Positions 10,246-20,401 of a DNA stretch of 64,000 nucleotides are shown in pieces. The position numbers and the translations under genes are program-made. The first letter of the stretch is position 1, and the number at the start of each line of letters is the position of its first letter. The notes beneath the pieces were generated by a model, which saw nothing but the letters and a program-made list of their open reading frames with translations, did no database searches and had not been told where the DNA came from. Origin of the DNA: Methanothrix sp. (GTDB lineage: Archaea > Halobacteriota > Methanosarcinia > Methanotrichales > Methanotrichaceae); NCBI GenBank assembly GCA_963682135.1, contig OY821645.1:928001-992000 (forward strand). The letters are read 5' to 3'.

Positions 10246-10511
10246 GTATAATAATAACTGCAAGCCGCCACAGTTTCCAAAAATCCCGCTGCCCGAAAAT
10301 CTGCCCTGCCGGGCCTCCCACCCCCTAGGCCGCTAGCCCACGCCGCCCGCGCTTGCCATGCGTGAGCCCGCACGCGCGTGCCCGTCGGGAGGCTGCCATC
10401 AACTCGACAGCATCACAATCCAGGTCAGTTTTGCAGGAGCGAAAATGCTTTATTCTCACGGCAAAGTATTCGGTAATATAAATTGAGATGCAGCCGAATG
10501 GAGTTTGGTAA

Positions 10512-10664
10512 ATGGCAAGGCAAATTAAGCTTGGAATGGTATTTGAGGGTGCTGAGGCTGAAGAATTCCTCCAGAACGAAAACAGCTCAGTTTTTACCTC
10601 CGAGCAGCTCGCTTTCTTCAAGAAAGCAAAGAGAATTTACAGAGCCAATCGCAATAAATTTTGA
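10512..10664 (+). CDS. 50-aa probable antitoxin (below the ORF-track size cutoff)
   Basis: MARQIKLGMVFEGAEAEEFLQNENSSVFTSEQLAFFKKAKRIYRANRNKF*; its TGA overlaps the GNAT ATG (TGATG). Confidence 0.7.
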   Translation: MARQIKLGMVFEGAEAEEFLQNENSSVFTSEQLAFFKKAKRIYRANRNKF

Positions 10665-11239
10665 TGACCGGAATTTTGGAAAGGGAACTCTCCATATTAT
10701 TGCTAAGTTCCAGATATGACCTTTCTCCGTTCGATTCCGGCAATGTTGAGCTAAACGCCTTTCTTAAGAATGATGCATTGCATGAGCAGGAGGAATTCCT
10801 GAGCAAAACGCATCTCTGTTTTTATAGGGACCGTGTTGCAGGCTTCATCTCTATGGCCGCAGCTTCCGTCCAGGTAAAAAAAGACAAGCTTGATCCGCGT
10901 CAAATCATCGATGACTGCGAATATCCTGCGTATCCTTGTATCTTAATTGCACGACTTGCAGTCGACAAAAAGCTTCAAGGACACGGCATAGGGAGTTATC
11001 TTCTTTCCCTTGCTATTGGTTATGTCATGGAGAGCCCCCTTGGATGCAGATACCTGGCAGTAGATCCAAAAGATGACGCCTTAGAGTTCTATGAAAAAAT
11101 CGGATTTAGATTTTGGACAAAGAGCCAGAGCAGGATGTTTTTGAATCTGCGAGATGTATCCGAACAAATGAAACTGAATGAATCACAGGATTTGTGGACA
11201 ACAAACGATAATTCAGAATTAAAATCGAACACAGGCTGA
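10664..11239 (+). CDS. GNAT acetyltransferase, TacT/AtaT-like toxin
   Basis: FDSGNVELNAFLK, YPCILIARLAVDKKLQGHGIG, FYEKIGF. Confidence 0.85.
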   Translation: MTGILERELSILLLSSRYDLSPFDSGNVELNAFLKNDALHEQEEFLSKTHLCFYRDRVAGFISMAAASVQVKKDKLDPRQIIDDCEYPAYPCILIARLAVDKKLQGHGIGSYLLSLAIGYVMESPLGCRYLAVDPKDDALEFYEKIGFRFWTKSQSRMFLNLRDVSEQMKLNESQDLWTTNDNSELKSNTG

Positions 11240-11364
11240 AGCATCAAATCTATCCCGCTCTATTTTGTCGTCCTCCCGGTCCCCCGATGTTGCCTGCTCA
11301 CATAGCCACCCTCGTGCCCGAGACGACGAAAGCGACACATCCTGGCGGCTGCCCAGGGCACGGA

Positions 11365-11482
11365 TGGCCCGCTGCCCCGCAATGATCGATAAACTGAAGA
11401 CTGGCCCGAACCTCTGCTAAACGGCCTTTGTGCGTCCTTTGTGGCTTTGTGCCTTTGTGGTTAGCGTAACTGTTAGGTTATA
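11365..11482. repeat. 118-bp direct repeat, copy 2
   Basis: See 10128-10245. Confidence 0.9.
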
Positions 11483-11596
11483 ATCGAACCGGTGAGCGTT
11501 ATTGAGTAAAGTTCTCCAAAAATACCGGGAAGGCCGGAAAGATCAGCAAATCCGCCTTTCCCTGCCTACCGAATAAGCCTAGCACCTTTGATATTA

Positions 11597-12394
11597 TCAA
11601 TCCAATATCTTAATCGCTTCTTCCGCCGTCTTGCCCTTGTTGACAATAGCCGCAATGGCCATGGTCATCTTCACGGGATCCTTATGCTGGAAGACATTCC
11701 TGCCGATGGCAACGCCGCGCGCGCCAGCCTGCAAGGCTCCGTCAATCATTTGCAGGAATTCCATGTCCGTCTCGGTCTTGGGCCCGCCGGCGATGACCAC
11801 AGGCACCGGACAGCCATCCACCACTCGCCGGAAGGAATCGATATCTCCGGTGTAGTTGGTCTTGATTATATCCGCGCCAAGCTCCGCGCCGGCCCGGGCG
11901 GCGTGAGCCACGACCTCCACATCATTGGGATTGACGATGGCTTTGCCGCGCGGGTACATCATGGCTATGAGCGGCATGCCCCAGAAGTCACAGCGCTCGC
12001 TGACACAGCCCATTATGCTGAGCTGATCTGACTCGGTCTCAGAGCCGATATTGATGTGAATCGATACTGCATCTGCTCCCATCTTCAGGCACTCCTCCAC
12101 CAGGCAGACCTGTACCTTGTTATTGGGATCGGGGCCAAGGGAGGTTGAGGCGCTCATATGCACAATCAGACCGACATCTCGACCGTAACCGCGATGTCCA
12201 TGGCGGACCATTCCCTTTTGCTGAAGAACGGCATTGGCTCCGCCCTTGGCCACCTTGTTTACCATCTCTGGCAGGTCGACCAATCCCTTGATGGGGCCGA
12301 CGGATATGCCGTGGTCCAGTGGAATTATGACTGTGTTCCCGCTGTCTCTGTCCATTATCCTTTCAATTCGAACTCTCTTGCCAATCTCACCCAA
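11597..12394 (-). CDS. aroA': 2-amino-3,7-dideoxy-D-threo-hept-6-ulosonate (ADH) synthase, DhnA-type class I aldolase
   Basis: [42 protein letters not shown]. Confidence 0.88.
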   Translation of the reverse strand: MGEIGKRVRIERIMDRDSGNTVIIPLDHGISVGPIKGLVDLPEMVNKVAKGGANAVLQQKGMVRHGHRGYGRDVGLIVHMSASTSLGPDPNNKVQVCLVEECLKMGADAVSIHINIGSETESDQLSIMGCVSERCDFWGMPLIAMMYPRGKAIVNPNDVEVVAHAARAGAELGADIIKTNYTGDIDSFRRVVDGCPVPVVIAGGPKTETDMEFLQMIDGALQAGARGVAIGRNVFQHKDPVKMTMAIAAIVNKGKTAEEAIKILD

Positions 12395-12569
12395 ATTGTA
12401 TCATCCCGTAAATGTTAACATGTCACATGCTAGCACGTATCATATTTAAGTGTTGCGATTAGCTGATTGCAGGCATCAAGAAGACGATAGGTTGATGATG
12501 ATGACTACGATTATGATATAGAATGGCCCGGCGCGAGGAAAATAATTGAAATAAAAAATTGCGATTCAG

Positions 12570-12962
12570 CTAGCTGCAACCGCAGTCGCTGTCATCGTGT
12601 CCGCATCCGCATTCGCCGTGGTCGTGATCGCAACTGCTGTGATCATGATCACAGCTATCGACATTGGCACAGGAACCACAGCCGGAGATTTCATCCTCTG
12701 GGCCCCTAATGATGAACCCGGTTCCCCTATCGTCGTCCACGTAATCAATTATGGTCTCGCTGAGCAGTTCAGTATCCTGTGGGCTCATGTAGACCTTTAC
12801 GCCCCGGCTCTCATAAACTTTGTCACCAGCCTCCTCGTTTCCCAGAGCCAGACCATAATTCGCGCCGGTAGCATCAATAGCTGCCAGGAACATCCTGATC
12901 ACTTTGCCTTCTACCAGGCTATGCTTTATCATATTAGCTGCCGCCTCTGTAATCTCTATCAT
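12570..12962 (-). CDS. HesB/IscA-like protein with Cys/His/Asp-rich tail
   Basis: MIEITEAA..., YGLAL, IDYVDD.RGTGF; tail CGSCANVDSCDHDHSSCDHDHGECGCGHDDSDCGCS. Confidence 0.75.
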   Translation of the reverse strand: MIEITEAAANMIKHSLVEGKVIRMFLAAIDATGANYGLALGNEEAGDKVYESRGVKVYMSPQDTELLSETIIDYVDDDRGTGFIIRGPEDEISGCGSCANVDSCDHDHSSCDHDHGECGCGHDDSDCGCS

Positions 12963-13294
12963 GAACTGCACATCCAAATCATATCACCACAAACTCGTAT
13001 TTATAGATATTATCTTTTCAGACTCCGCCAAAAGGGAGATGGAGGATTTGGAGCTGGAGCTGAAATATCTCTTCATCGAGCACCTTGAGAAGACGCATAG
13101 AATGTTGATATTTGCCATAAAAAGGATAAGGGGGCGATCCGCAATTAAACGCAGGGCAGCCAGTCAACGCTGATGGCTTCGCATGTGGAATTGCCCCAGA
13201 GCTGAATGAACTTTGCAGACGATGCCAACCCGACCAGCGCAAATATCAGTACCGCCAACATAAGCATTCTCTTCACTATTCTTCCCTCCACCCT

Positions 13295-14713
13295 TTACCA
13301 GAGCAACAGTCCCGCATACCTCACTGCATAAACCACGCCCACCACTATCACCAGCAGCCCGAAGAATTTGGTGGTCCAGGCTCCAACGGATACATATTTC
13401 TCTCCGATCCTTCCCCCCACTGCCCGAGAGAAGGTGGCAATGGGAATGATGGGCACACCATGCCCGATTCCAAAGATGAAGAGCATCACGCCTCCTGCCA
13501 GGGGAGTAATATTTTGCGAGGCCAGCCAGATCAATACCGGCAGAACCATGGAGAGAGCACAGGGTGCCCATCCCAGGGCGAAGAATATGCCGAGCGTGAA
13601 GGCGCCAATGAAAGAGGAGTGCTTGAATAGAGCAACAGATGCCTCAACCGACCTTTGCAGCAGGCTTTTCCTGGTCTCGCAATACTCTCCTTCTCCACGA
13701 TAGAGCCTAATTCGAGATCTCACCGGCTCCAGGATCTCTTCCAATGGCTTGATATTGCTGATGCCCAGAAGTATCATGATAATACCGGCTATCAGGTCGA
13801 AGATCCTGGAGTCTCTTATGAACAGGCCCACCTGAGAGATGAACAGCCCCAGCACAAAGAATACTGCGGCCATGCCAAAGGTAAAGGCAATGCCTATCAT
13901 AAAACCCTCTCTTGAGGTTGAGACGCTCTTTCTCAGGTATTCATCCTTTCTTCTTACGGTCATAACATAGGAGAATACGGCGATCATAAGAGCTATGGAG
14001 CAGGGTGCAAGTGACGTTAATATGCCCAGCAAGAACATACCAAAGGCGGACACATCCTGCCGGAAGACCTCTCCCTCCAGGCCATTCCACTCTCTGCCAC
14101 CCACGTCTTGCAGCTTCTGGTAAAGCTTTTCGCTACTCTGCACACCGTCTTGCACCCCCTCGCCCACCCGGTAGACATGATAGACTGCAGCGATATTGCC
14201 GTCTTTGTCGATGAGAAGAATTGTGGGGTTGGAAGAGCCGCCTCTCACATTCCAGTAGTCTAGATACTTGCTGGCGATCGTATAAGGCTCAATATCCTCA
14301 GCCCAAGGCCAGGTGATATTCAGCTTCCACCACTTCTCCGCCAGTGATTTGCCGTCACGCGAGTAGGAATTCTTCCTCAGGTTCAATGTGACTATCTGGA
14401 CCGCCGGATGCGCAGCCTTGAGTCTTACCAGCTCCTCTACCTGTCCTTTCAGGGACGCTTCGCATTCCACACAAAGAGGTATCTCGATGTTGGTGATATG
14501 CAGGATAAGAGGCGCGCCGGCAAAGTCGGAAAGAGAGAAATTCTTGCCGTCAACTCCAGTGGCCGTAAACTGCGGGGCCTTTATGGCATCAGCGGCAAAT
14601 ACGGGACTGGAAAAGATGGCTAGAAAGGCCAGAGCGAAAAGGAGGATGAGAGCTGCCGGTTGCAGCTTTTTCTTGCAGCTATTGGCGATTATCAGTATCA
14701 CTCTCTGGTCCAT
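13295..14713 (-). CDS. Thioredoxin-like domain fused to a CcdA/DsbD-type membrane domain
   Basis: Signal peptide, CVEC, then LAPCS and ALGWAPC transmembrane cysteines. Confidence 0.88.
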   Translation of the reverse strand: MDQRVILIIANSCKKKLQPAALILLFALAFLAIFSSPVFAADAIKAPQFTATGVDGKNFSLSDFAGAPLILHITNIEIPLCVECEASLKGQVEELVRLKAAHPAVQIVTLNLRKNSYSRDGKSLAEKWWKLNITWPWAEDIEPYTIASKYLDYWNVRGGSSNPTILLIDKDGNIAAVYHVYRVGEGVQDGVQSSEKLYQKLQDVGGREWNGLEGEVFRQDVSAFGMFLLGILTSLAPCSIALMIAVFSYVMTVRRKDEYLRKSVSTSREGFMIGIAFTFGMAAVFFVLGLFISQVGLFIRDSRIFDLIAGIIMILLGISNIKPLEEILEPVRSRIRLYRGEGEYCETRKSLLQRSVEASVALFKHSSFIGAFTLGIFFALGWAPCALSMVLPVLIWLASQNITPLAGGVMLFIFGIGHGVPIIPIATFSRAVGGRIGEKYVSVGAWTTKFFGLLVIVVGVVYAVRYAGLLLW

Positions 14714-15288
14714 GCGGCGCTATTCTGCTTGTAGTAGTAGATAGCATCCTTCACATAAGCGTCGATCCTTCCCTCGCTCATGGCATCAATTTCGCTGCGC
14801 CAGACGACATCCACCTTTCCGTCCGGGCCCTTGGCCAGGGTGATGAAGATGGTTGTTGGGACGACCGGCTTTCCCATTCCAAACGGATCATAGACATCCA
14901 GGATATCAATCGCCTCTTGCAAGCTGCTTCCTTCCCCCAGTATATCGTAATAATCGAGATCGCCGCTATTGCTATTCACAGCCGCTTTAATTCTTGGCGT
15001 CTGGGTCAGGCAGGGCACGCAGTTGCTGCTATGAATCAGGATGAGCACAGGCTTTTCCTTGAGAGCTTTCATTATCCAGTCCGGATGTTCTACCGCCTTG
15101 CCTGAGTTTTCATTCTGATCGGGATATGTCGTCCACCAGTCGTCATCTCCTGAGCCTACGACATGCGCAGGACTGTAGCTATTCCAATCCTGGGAAAGGG
15201 CCGTGTCCGCCGTTACGAATACCGCAATAGAAAAGGCAGCCATCGCCACCAGAACCGATAATGTGAAATTCCTGAACCTAACTAGCAT
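14698..15288 (-). CDS. Secreted thioredoxin-fold protein
   Basis: Signal peptide; HSSNCVPC and VVPTTIF (cis-Pro) motifs. Confidence 0.8.
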   Translation of the reverse strand: MLVRFRNFTLSVLVAMAAFSIAVFVTADTALSQDWNSYSPAHVVGSGDDDWWTTYPDQNENSGKAVEHPDWIMKALKEKPVLILIHSSNCVPCLTQTPRIKAAVNSNSGDLDYYDILGEGSSLQEAIDILDVYDPFGMGKPVVPTTIFITLAKGPDGKVDVVWRSEIDAMSEGRIDAYVKDAIYYYKQNSAAWTRE

Positions 15289-15444
15289 GATTTAAACCCC
15301 CGAAATATCCTTTGCTCCATTAATCCGACTGGAGAATGACAAAAGTGCCCGGAAATAGCGCCCGCTTCCGGCCATCTGCATGCAAAGCATAGAAACATTA
15401 ACGAGAACCAGAATGTGACGCTTCATATTTATTGTTTTTGGGCG

Positions 15445-15850
15445 ACAGCATTCACCGCCTGAGCGCCAACTTCCACGAGCTACCTACCAACCAGCCGCTT
15501 TCGCCTGTGGCCAATAACCAGCGCGATGCCGCTATGCAGAGCCAGGTGTTCCAGGTACCCGTAAACTTCAGCCCGAGTAGTCAGGGTGGGCCGGTGACTG
15601 CTCCACAGGCGGGAGCGGCCGATAGTTCCTATCTCCAGGGCAATCTGGTTAGAGAGAAGATCCCGAAGACCTATGACTTCGTACAAGGAGGGGAGAGATA
15701 CCGCTCCATGAACAGAACCGAATCGAAGCATCTGGTGGAAAACCTAGGTGGCCGATCTGAGTCTCGTCACTGACACAAGTATCCAGAAGCGAGCTATCGA
15801 GAACCTGGCAAAGGCGGACGAGGGGCTGGCAAGAGCCGTGGGGACTCGGG
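15445..15850 (+). pseudogene. C-terminal remnant of a monofunctional heme catalase, frameshifted
   Basis: HRLSANFHELPTNQP.SPVANNQRDAAM...VNFSPSS...DFVQGGERYRSM...HLVENL, then (other frame) IQKRAIENLAKADEGLARAV. Confidence 0.75.
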
Positions 15851-15967
15851 CCGGAGAAGTTGATTCAAAAGAGATGAAAAGATCTGAAGCCTTGCGACCC
15901 CCAGGCCTCGTCTCTATCTTCTATTTTGGACGGAAAGGGCCATGTGTAGTCCTGAAAACTCAGGACT

Positions 15968-17065
15968 ATGTATAATGAAGAGAACCACAAGTTACTTAAG
16001 TGCCTGAGTCATGCTAAAGAATTGGATCATGGGAGGGATGAGATAGCGGTGTCTCTAAGAGTTGCAGGTATTGTTTTATTTTTTATTTTGGCTTTGTTCA
16101 TACAGCCGTTTGCTTGTAATCAGGCAGCAGGTCAATCTGCTACACAAGCAGAAATAAATGCATCTCAAAACGCAGGAGATCTTGGATATAAATTAATTAA
16201 TGATCCAATTACCGGAGGCCGCTACTATCTTATCGGCTCAAAATACCGAGAGTCTGTTGCCAGCGAGAAAAAAATTGGACCAACAAATGCAGCCGAATCA
16301 ATAATTAATGCAACGGCAACGAAAGACATTATTCCAACAAAGAACCTATGTGAATCGTGTGTTTTTTATATAAATTCCGCAGAAGAGCTTAGAATAAGTC
16401 TTAATAATACTACTTGCATTAAAAAGATAATTTTATTAGAGAGTGGAAAATATAATGGTCAATTTTATATAGGTAATAATATAAGTAATGTAACAATTAA
16501 GCCTGACCCTAAAAATAGAGGTTCTGTGATATTAGATGCTATGAATGCCGATTTCAATTTTGCTTTAGAAAATACATCGAATGTTTCGATCAATGGCCTA
16601 ACGCTTAAGAATGGGAATAATGGTATTTTATTGGAAAAAGTTAAAAATTGTCTAGTTGATGGTAATAAAATTTATGGTTTCAAATTTAATGGTATTTTTG
16701 CAGATCATAGTGTTCAAAATAATAGTATAACAAATAACATTATTAGTTCAGATAAGTATCAAAATGATGTCTCTGGAATAACCCTAAGCGAATCAAGAGA
16801 TGTAGTAATCGGAGGGAATGAGATTCTTGTTGGTTATAAAAATCCATATTCTAATATAAATGGTAATAATTACATAGATATTTTATTAAATAAAAGCGTT
16901 GGAAACATCATAAATTTTAATGGAATCGGCATCATTACTGAAGATGCCATAAATTGCGGAGTTACATGCGATGGAGATGCACCAAAGTGCGCCTGTGAAT
17001 CTGTAGAAGATGGATGTCAACATTTTATAGGAATAAGCAATAACAGTTGGAGCTTTATATGCTAG
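15968..17065 (+). CDS. Membrane-anchored right-handed beta-helix (NosD/CASH-like) protein, AT-rich
   Basis: N-terminal TM; NVSINGLTLKNG.NGILLE...NNSITNNII repeats. Confidence 0.72.
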   Translation: MYNEENHKLLKCLSHAKELDHGRDEIAVSLRVAGIVLFFILALFIQPFACNQAAGQSATQAEINASQNAGDLGYKLINDPITGGRYYLIGSKYRESVASEKKIGPTNAAESIINATATKDIIPTKNLCESCVFYINSAEELRISLNNTTCIKKIILLESGKYNGQFYIGNNISNVTIKPDPKNRGSVILDAMNADFNFALENTSNVSINGLTLKNGNNGILLEKVKNCLVDGNKIYGFKFNGIFADHSVQNNSITNNIISSDKYQNDVSGITLSESRDVVIGGNEILVGYKNPYSNINGNNYIDILLNKSVGNIINFNGIGIITEDAINCGVTCDGDAPKCACESVEDGCQHFIGISNNSWSFIC

Positions 17066-18693
17066 AGAAAAGCTCAACGGAATTATCAGCGATTTTGATC
17101 TTGGTCTTCATTTTTTCAGCAATTTCGATTGCTGATTCAATTACTATTCCAAGTGATAAGAACATACCGGATGTGCCTAAAGATCTAAAAGATTTCGTAT
17201 ATTCAGGGCCAAGTGGCGAATCTAAATCAGTTACATATTCTAGTGGAAGTGGTGCCCGAGAAAAGACGCAATATATCCAGGTACCAGAGAATCCTATCCA
17301 AATAACGAAATCTATAATCCCCTTGAGAGAAAATTACCATACCGGAGATACAGTAGCTATATTTGTAGAAGTTAAAAATATGGGGACAGAATTAAAAAAA
17401 ATAGATATAAAAGAATATGTGGACAAAGGATTAGATATCATAAACATATCAAAAAACGCATACATATTGAAAGAACTTGACGAAATTGCAGACTATAAGA
17501 GCGAATCAAATAGCTGTTATTACTTAGATATGTATAATTATACACATAGATCTAATAATAGTATTCACGCCGACGATCTGCTTGACATAAAGATAGATTG
17601 TGGAGATTACTTATTCAATCAAAATAATACTGAAAGCAACCATAATAATATTACAAAATTTATTAATGAGAATTTCGACATTAATTGGTCAAACATTACA
17701 GTTGATAAATCCTCAGATGAAAAAATTCTCCGCATAATGAATGATAGAGATCCATCTGAAGAGATGAGTGTGACTGTAGATGAGGAAAGTGGATATGGAA
17801 AAATGCAATATAATAATAAAACGTATAAATTTAGGATTAATTCACACAACATATATAAACTGTCCAACGAGTTTGATATATATATAAATAAGCTTGATAG
17901 GAAAGATAGAATAGTATATTGGTACTATGCAAAATTAAAAAAAATTGGTGATTTTGACGCCTCAACAATATTTAGATATTGGGTCGAAGAAAACAGTCAC
18001 TTTCTCGATGTAGATAAAATCCTCACGATAGGAGTAGTCAGACCAACACTTAATGTTGATGTAGATATAAATAGATTGAATTTATTAAAAAAAGAAGATG
18101 CAGTTAATATAACATATAAAATTACTTATATGGGCCCACCAATGAGTAATACAGTCAAATTGGATTTTGTTAAGAAATCATACTATGATGAAATCCAGCG
18201 ATATGGCCCAGATGTATATGTATATCCAAGGGATATACATGTGGGAGAGCCCTTTACTAAAACTATAAAAATATCATATCCCAATGAAGGAGAGTATTTC
18301 TCTCCGGAAATAATTATTAACGGGGAAATCTTTCCCTTTACGAAAGAGAAGATCGTGGTTGAGACAAGGTTTGGGAAATATGCAAATCTAGTAGCTCTGA
18401 TTTTGGCAATAGTGTTTTTTTTCATAGGTGATCTTTCTATGAAATTAAACTATTTAGCCAATAGTAGAGATGTTTCCAACTATTCAAATCCAAAAGATTT
18501 CATTCGAGAAAGATCCAAGAAAATTGAAAGAACGTGTCAAGGTATAATTATTTTGTTTATTATATTACTTATACCCATAATATATTTTACTTCATCGTCT
18601 TTCTACTGGATATTAGTATCTTTAATAATTTGTGCTGTAATATTAATAGCAATATCCTTATATTTTAAGTTAGTAACATCTGTACTTAAATAA
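17059..18693 (+). CDS. Secreted Ig-like (DUF11/BatD-like) protein with three C-terminal TM helices, AT-rich
   Basis: Signal peptide; PIQITKSI...GDTVAIFVEVKNMG; hydrophobic C-terminal segments. Confidence 0.65.
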   Translation: MLEKSSTELSAILILVFIFSAISIADSITIPSDKNIPDVPKDLKDFVYSGPSGESKSVTYSSGSGAREKTQYIQVPENPIQITKSIIPLRENYHTGDTVAIFVEVKNMGTELKKIDIKEYVDKGLDIINISKNAYILKELDEIADYKSESNSCYYLDMYNYTHRSNNSIHADDLLDIKIDCGDYLFNQNNTESNHNNITKFINENFDINWSNITVDKSSDEKILRIMNDRDPSEEMSVTVDEESGYGKMQYNNKTYKFRINSHNIYKLSNEFDIYINKLDRKDRIVYWYYAKLKKIGDFDASTIFRYWVEENSHFLDVDKILTIGVVRPTLNVDVDINRLNLLKKEDAVNITYKITYMGPPMSNTVKLDFVKKSYYDEIQRYGPDVYVYPRDIHVGEPFTKTIKISYPNEGEYFSPEIIINGEIFPFTKEKIVVETRFGKYANLVALILAIVFFFIGDLSMKLNYLANSRDVSNYSNPKDFIRERSKKIERTCQGIIILFIILLIPIIYFTSSSFYWILVSLIICAVILIAISLYFKLVTSVLK

Positions 18694-18724
18694 TATCATG
18701 TTTTGAAGAGATAATAGATCATCA

Positions 18725-20401
18725 TTATCTCTTCACATCAATCCTAATCAATCCTAATTCCTTCAGCCGCTCTTCTATCCTTTTATCGACAATCTCAGAG
18801 ATATCACGATCCCCATAAATTCTAGCCGTAGACTTCTTTTCGTTTTCCAGAAATGAAACGTCTTTTTGGAAGATGCGCAAAGGATTGATGAAGAAAGGCT
18901 TTTCGCCATTTCTAAGCCTATTTCTGGCCTCATTCAGCTCGAAGACAAAGCCACTTGTCTTGCTGGAACCATCCAGGCCAAAGAAGAACGTCTTGAGAGC
19001 CTCCTTGGAGGCAGCAGTGAGCCTTACTTGATCCGCCTTTCCATCCATTCCGCTCTTTTCCTTTTCCTTGCCTTCATAAAACAGATCCTCTGGCCGTTGG
19101 CTAATATACTGCAAGGCAAGGGTAATTACTTTGCAGAATCTGCTCTCCAGAGTATTATCCTTATGGTAAGCTTTCGGATCGCTTCCGTAGGGATTTCGAA
19201 GTAGTATCAGAATTTCGTTTTCCCCTTCACCCATCTTTCGCATCGGCCATATATTCAAAGCCGCAATGCCTGTCTCTTTGGAGAGCGCCTCTCTTATCTT
19301 CTCGGAATCAATAAAACCTCGGCAGAAGACCATGGCAAAGTCCGCCTTTTCCGGTGAGCAGCCAAAGAGCCTTCCTTCCTCGCTCAAGGCTTTTTTAACC
19401 AGAGCCATCTCAGGATTTTTGCTTCTCGGCATTGATGCATAAAGTGGCACATATATAGGCGGTCTGCGCAGTCCCCCAGAGGAGTGCTGCGCTATAGCCT
19501 GGCTGGGTGGAATCTCATCTGGATAGTCTCGTGCCGCTACAATGGGTTGCATGATCCTATGAATAAAGCGATTGGCAGAGGCAAAATCCTTTCCAAAATT
19601 CTTCAATAGAATTTCATTATCAACGATGATTACACCATTGGCTCCGCTGCCTTTTGTTAGAAGATCGTAAAGAGCACTTATTGCGGCCAGGTTCCTTCTA
19701 CCTTCCTTCGAAAATTGGGCTTTATCGGCAAAATCACCCAGTTCAGTCAATACTCCCAAGACAAATACAGGATAGTCCGCTTTGCCTTCATTTCTGATGT
19801 GGTTGATGATCGGATTAATAAAGCCGGTTCCAGTTCCCCCGCCAAAGGAAACTACAAAGAGGATGCCGTCGCATTCTCCATCTCCCAGTGTTGTGAAGTT
19901 TCTTATGACATTCCAGGCGCTATCGAAGATGGGATTGGGAGCCTGGCTGAAAGATGCGCTGCTATTGGCCCCATTTCCTCCCAATGATTCGATCATCTCT
20001 TTGTTCATGGTTTTGGCGACGATGGCCTGGATCTCCTTATCCGTATCAAAAATTTCAAATATGGCCTTGAGATATTGGGCATCTCTAACAAAGCCCTGTT
20101 TCTTTACATCGTAGCCGTATTTTTCCCGGACAATTCTATGAACCTCGCAGCCATCGGCTACAACATCATGTGGAATATAAAAGCAGGGGTAGCACCCCTC
20201 ATTCAGATCTCCGAAGAAATGTTGGATATTCTTGGCATCGTTTTTATCGGCTTCAAGCCAGATGCCCTGTATCATGCCGGGAGAGATATATTGCGCATCA
20301 GTTATTCGAGAAAGAAGCTGGAAATCCAGATCCTCATTTCCCAAGAACTCCTGGGTGATTTTACCCCCGGCTCCGCCAATTCCGACAATGCATAGTCTCA
20401 T
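18725..20401 (-). CDS. Divergent tubulin/FtsZ-superfamily GTPase (CetZ-like N-terminus), 558 aa
   Basis: MRLCIVGIGGAGGKI (T1), SFGGGTGTG (T4 signature), IIVDNEIL; true start at 20401 overlaps the upstream stop (ATGA). Confidence 0.88.
   Translation of the reverse strand: MRLCIVGIGGAGGKITQEFLGNEDLDFQLLSRITDAQYISPGMIQGIWLEADKNDAKNIQHFFGDLNEGCYPCFYIPHDVVADGCEVHRIVREKYGYDVKKQGFVRDAQYLKAIFEIFDTDKEIQAIVAKTMNKEMIESLGGNGANSSASFSQAPNPIFDSAWNVIRNFTTLGDGECDGILFVVSFGGGTGTGFINPIINHIRNEGKADYPVFVLGVLTELGDFADKAQFSKEGRRNLAAISALYDLLTKGSGANGVIIVDNEILLKNFGKDFASANRFIHRIMQPIVAARDYPDEIPPSQAIAQHSSGGLRRPPIYVPLYASMPRSKNPEMALVKKALSEEGRLFGCSPEKADFAMVFCRGFIDSEKIREALSKETGIAALNIWPMRKMGEGENEILILLRNPYGSDPKAYHKDNTLESRFCKVITLALQYISQRPEDLFYEGKEKEKSGMDGKADQVRLTAASKEALKTFFFGLDGSSKTSGFVFELNEARNRLRNGEKPFFINPLRIFQKDVSFLENEKKSTARIYGDRDISEIVDKRIEERLKELGLIRIDVKR

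Noticed and set aside
11528-11540. 13-nt match to the hairpin arm at 36619-36631, both near TA modules
   Set aside because: Too short to separate from chance without a genome-wide count.
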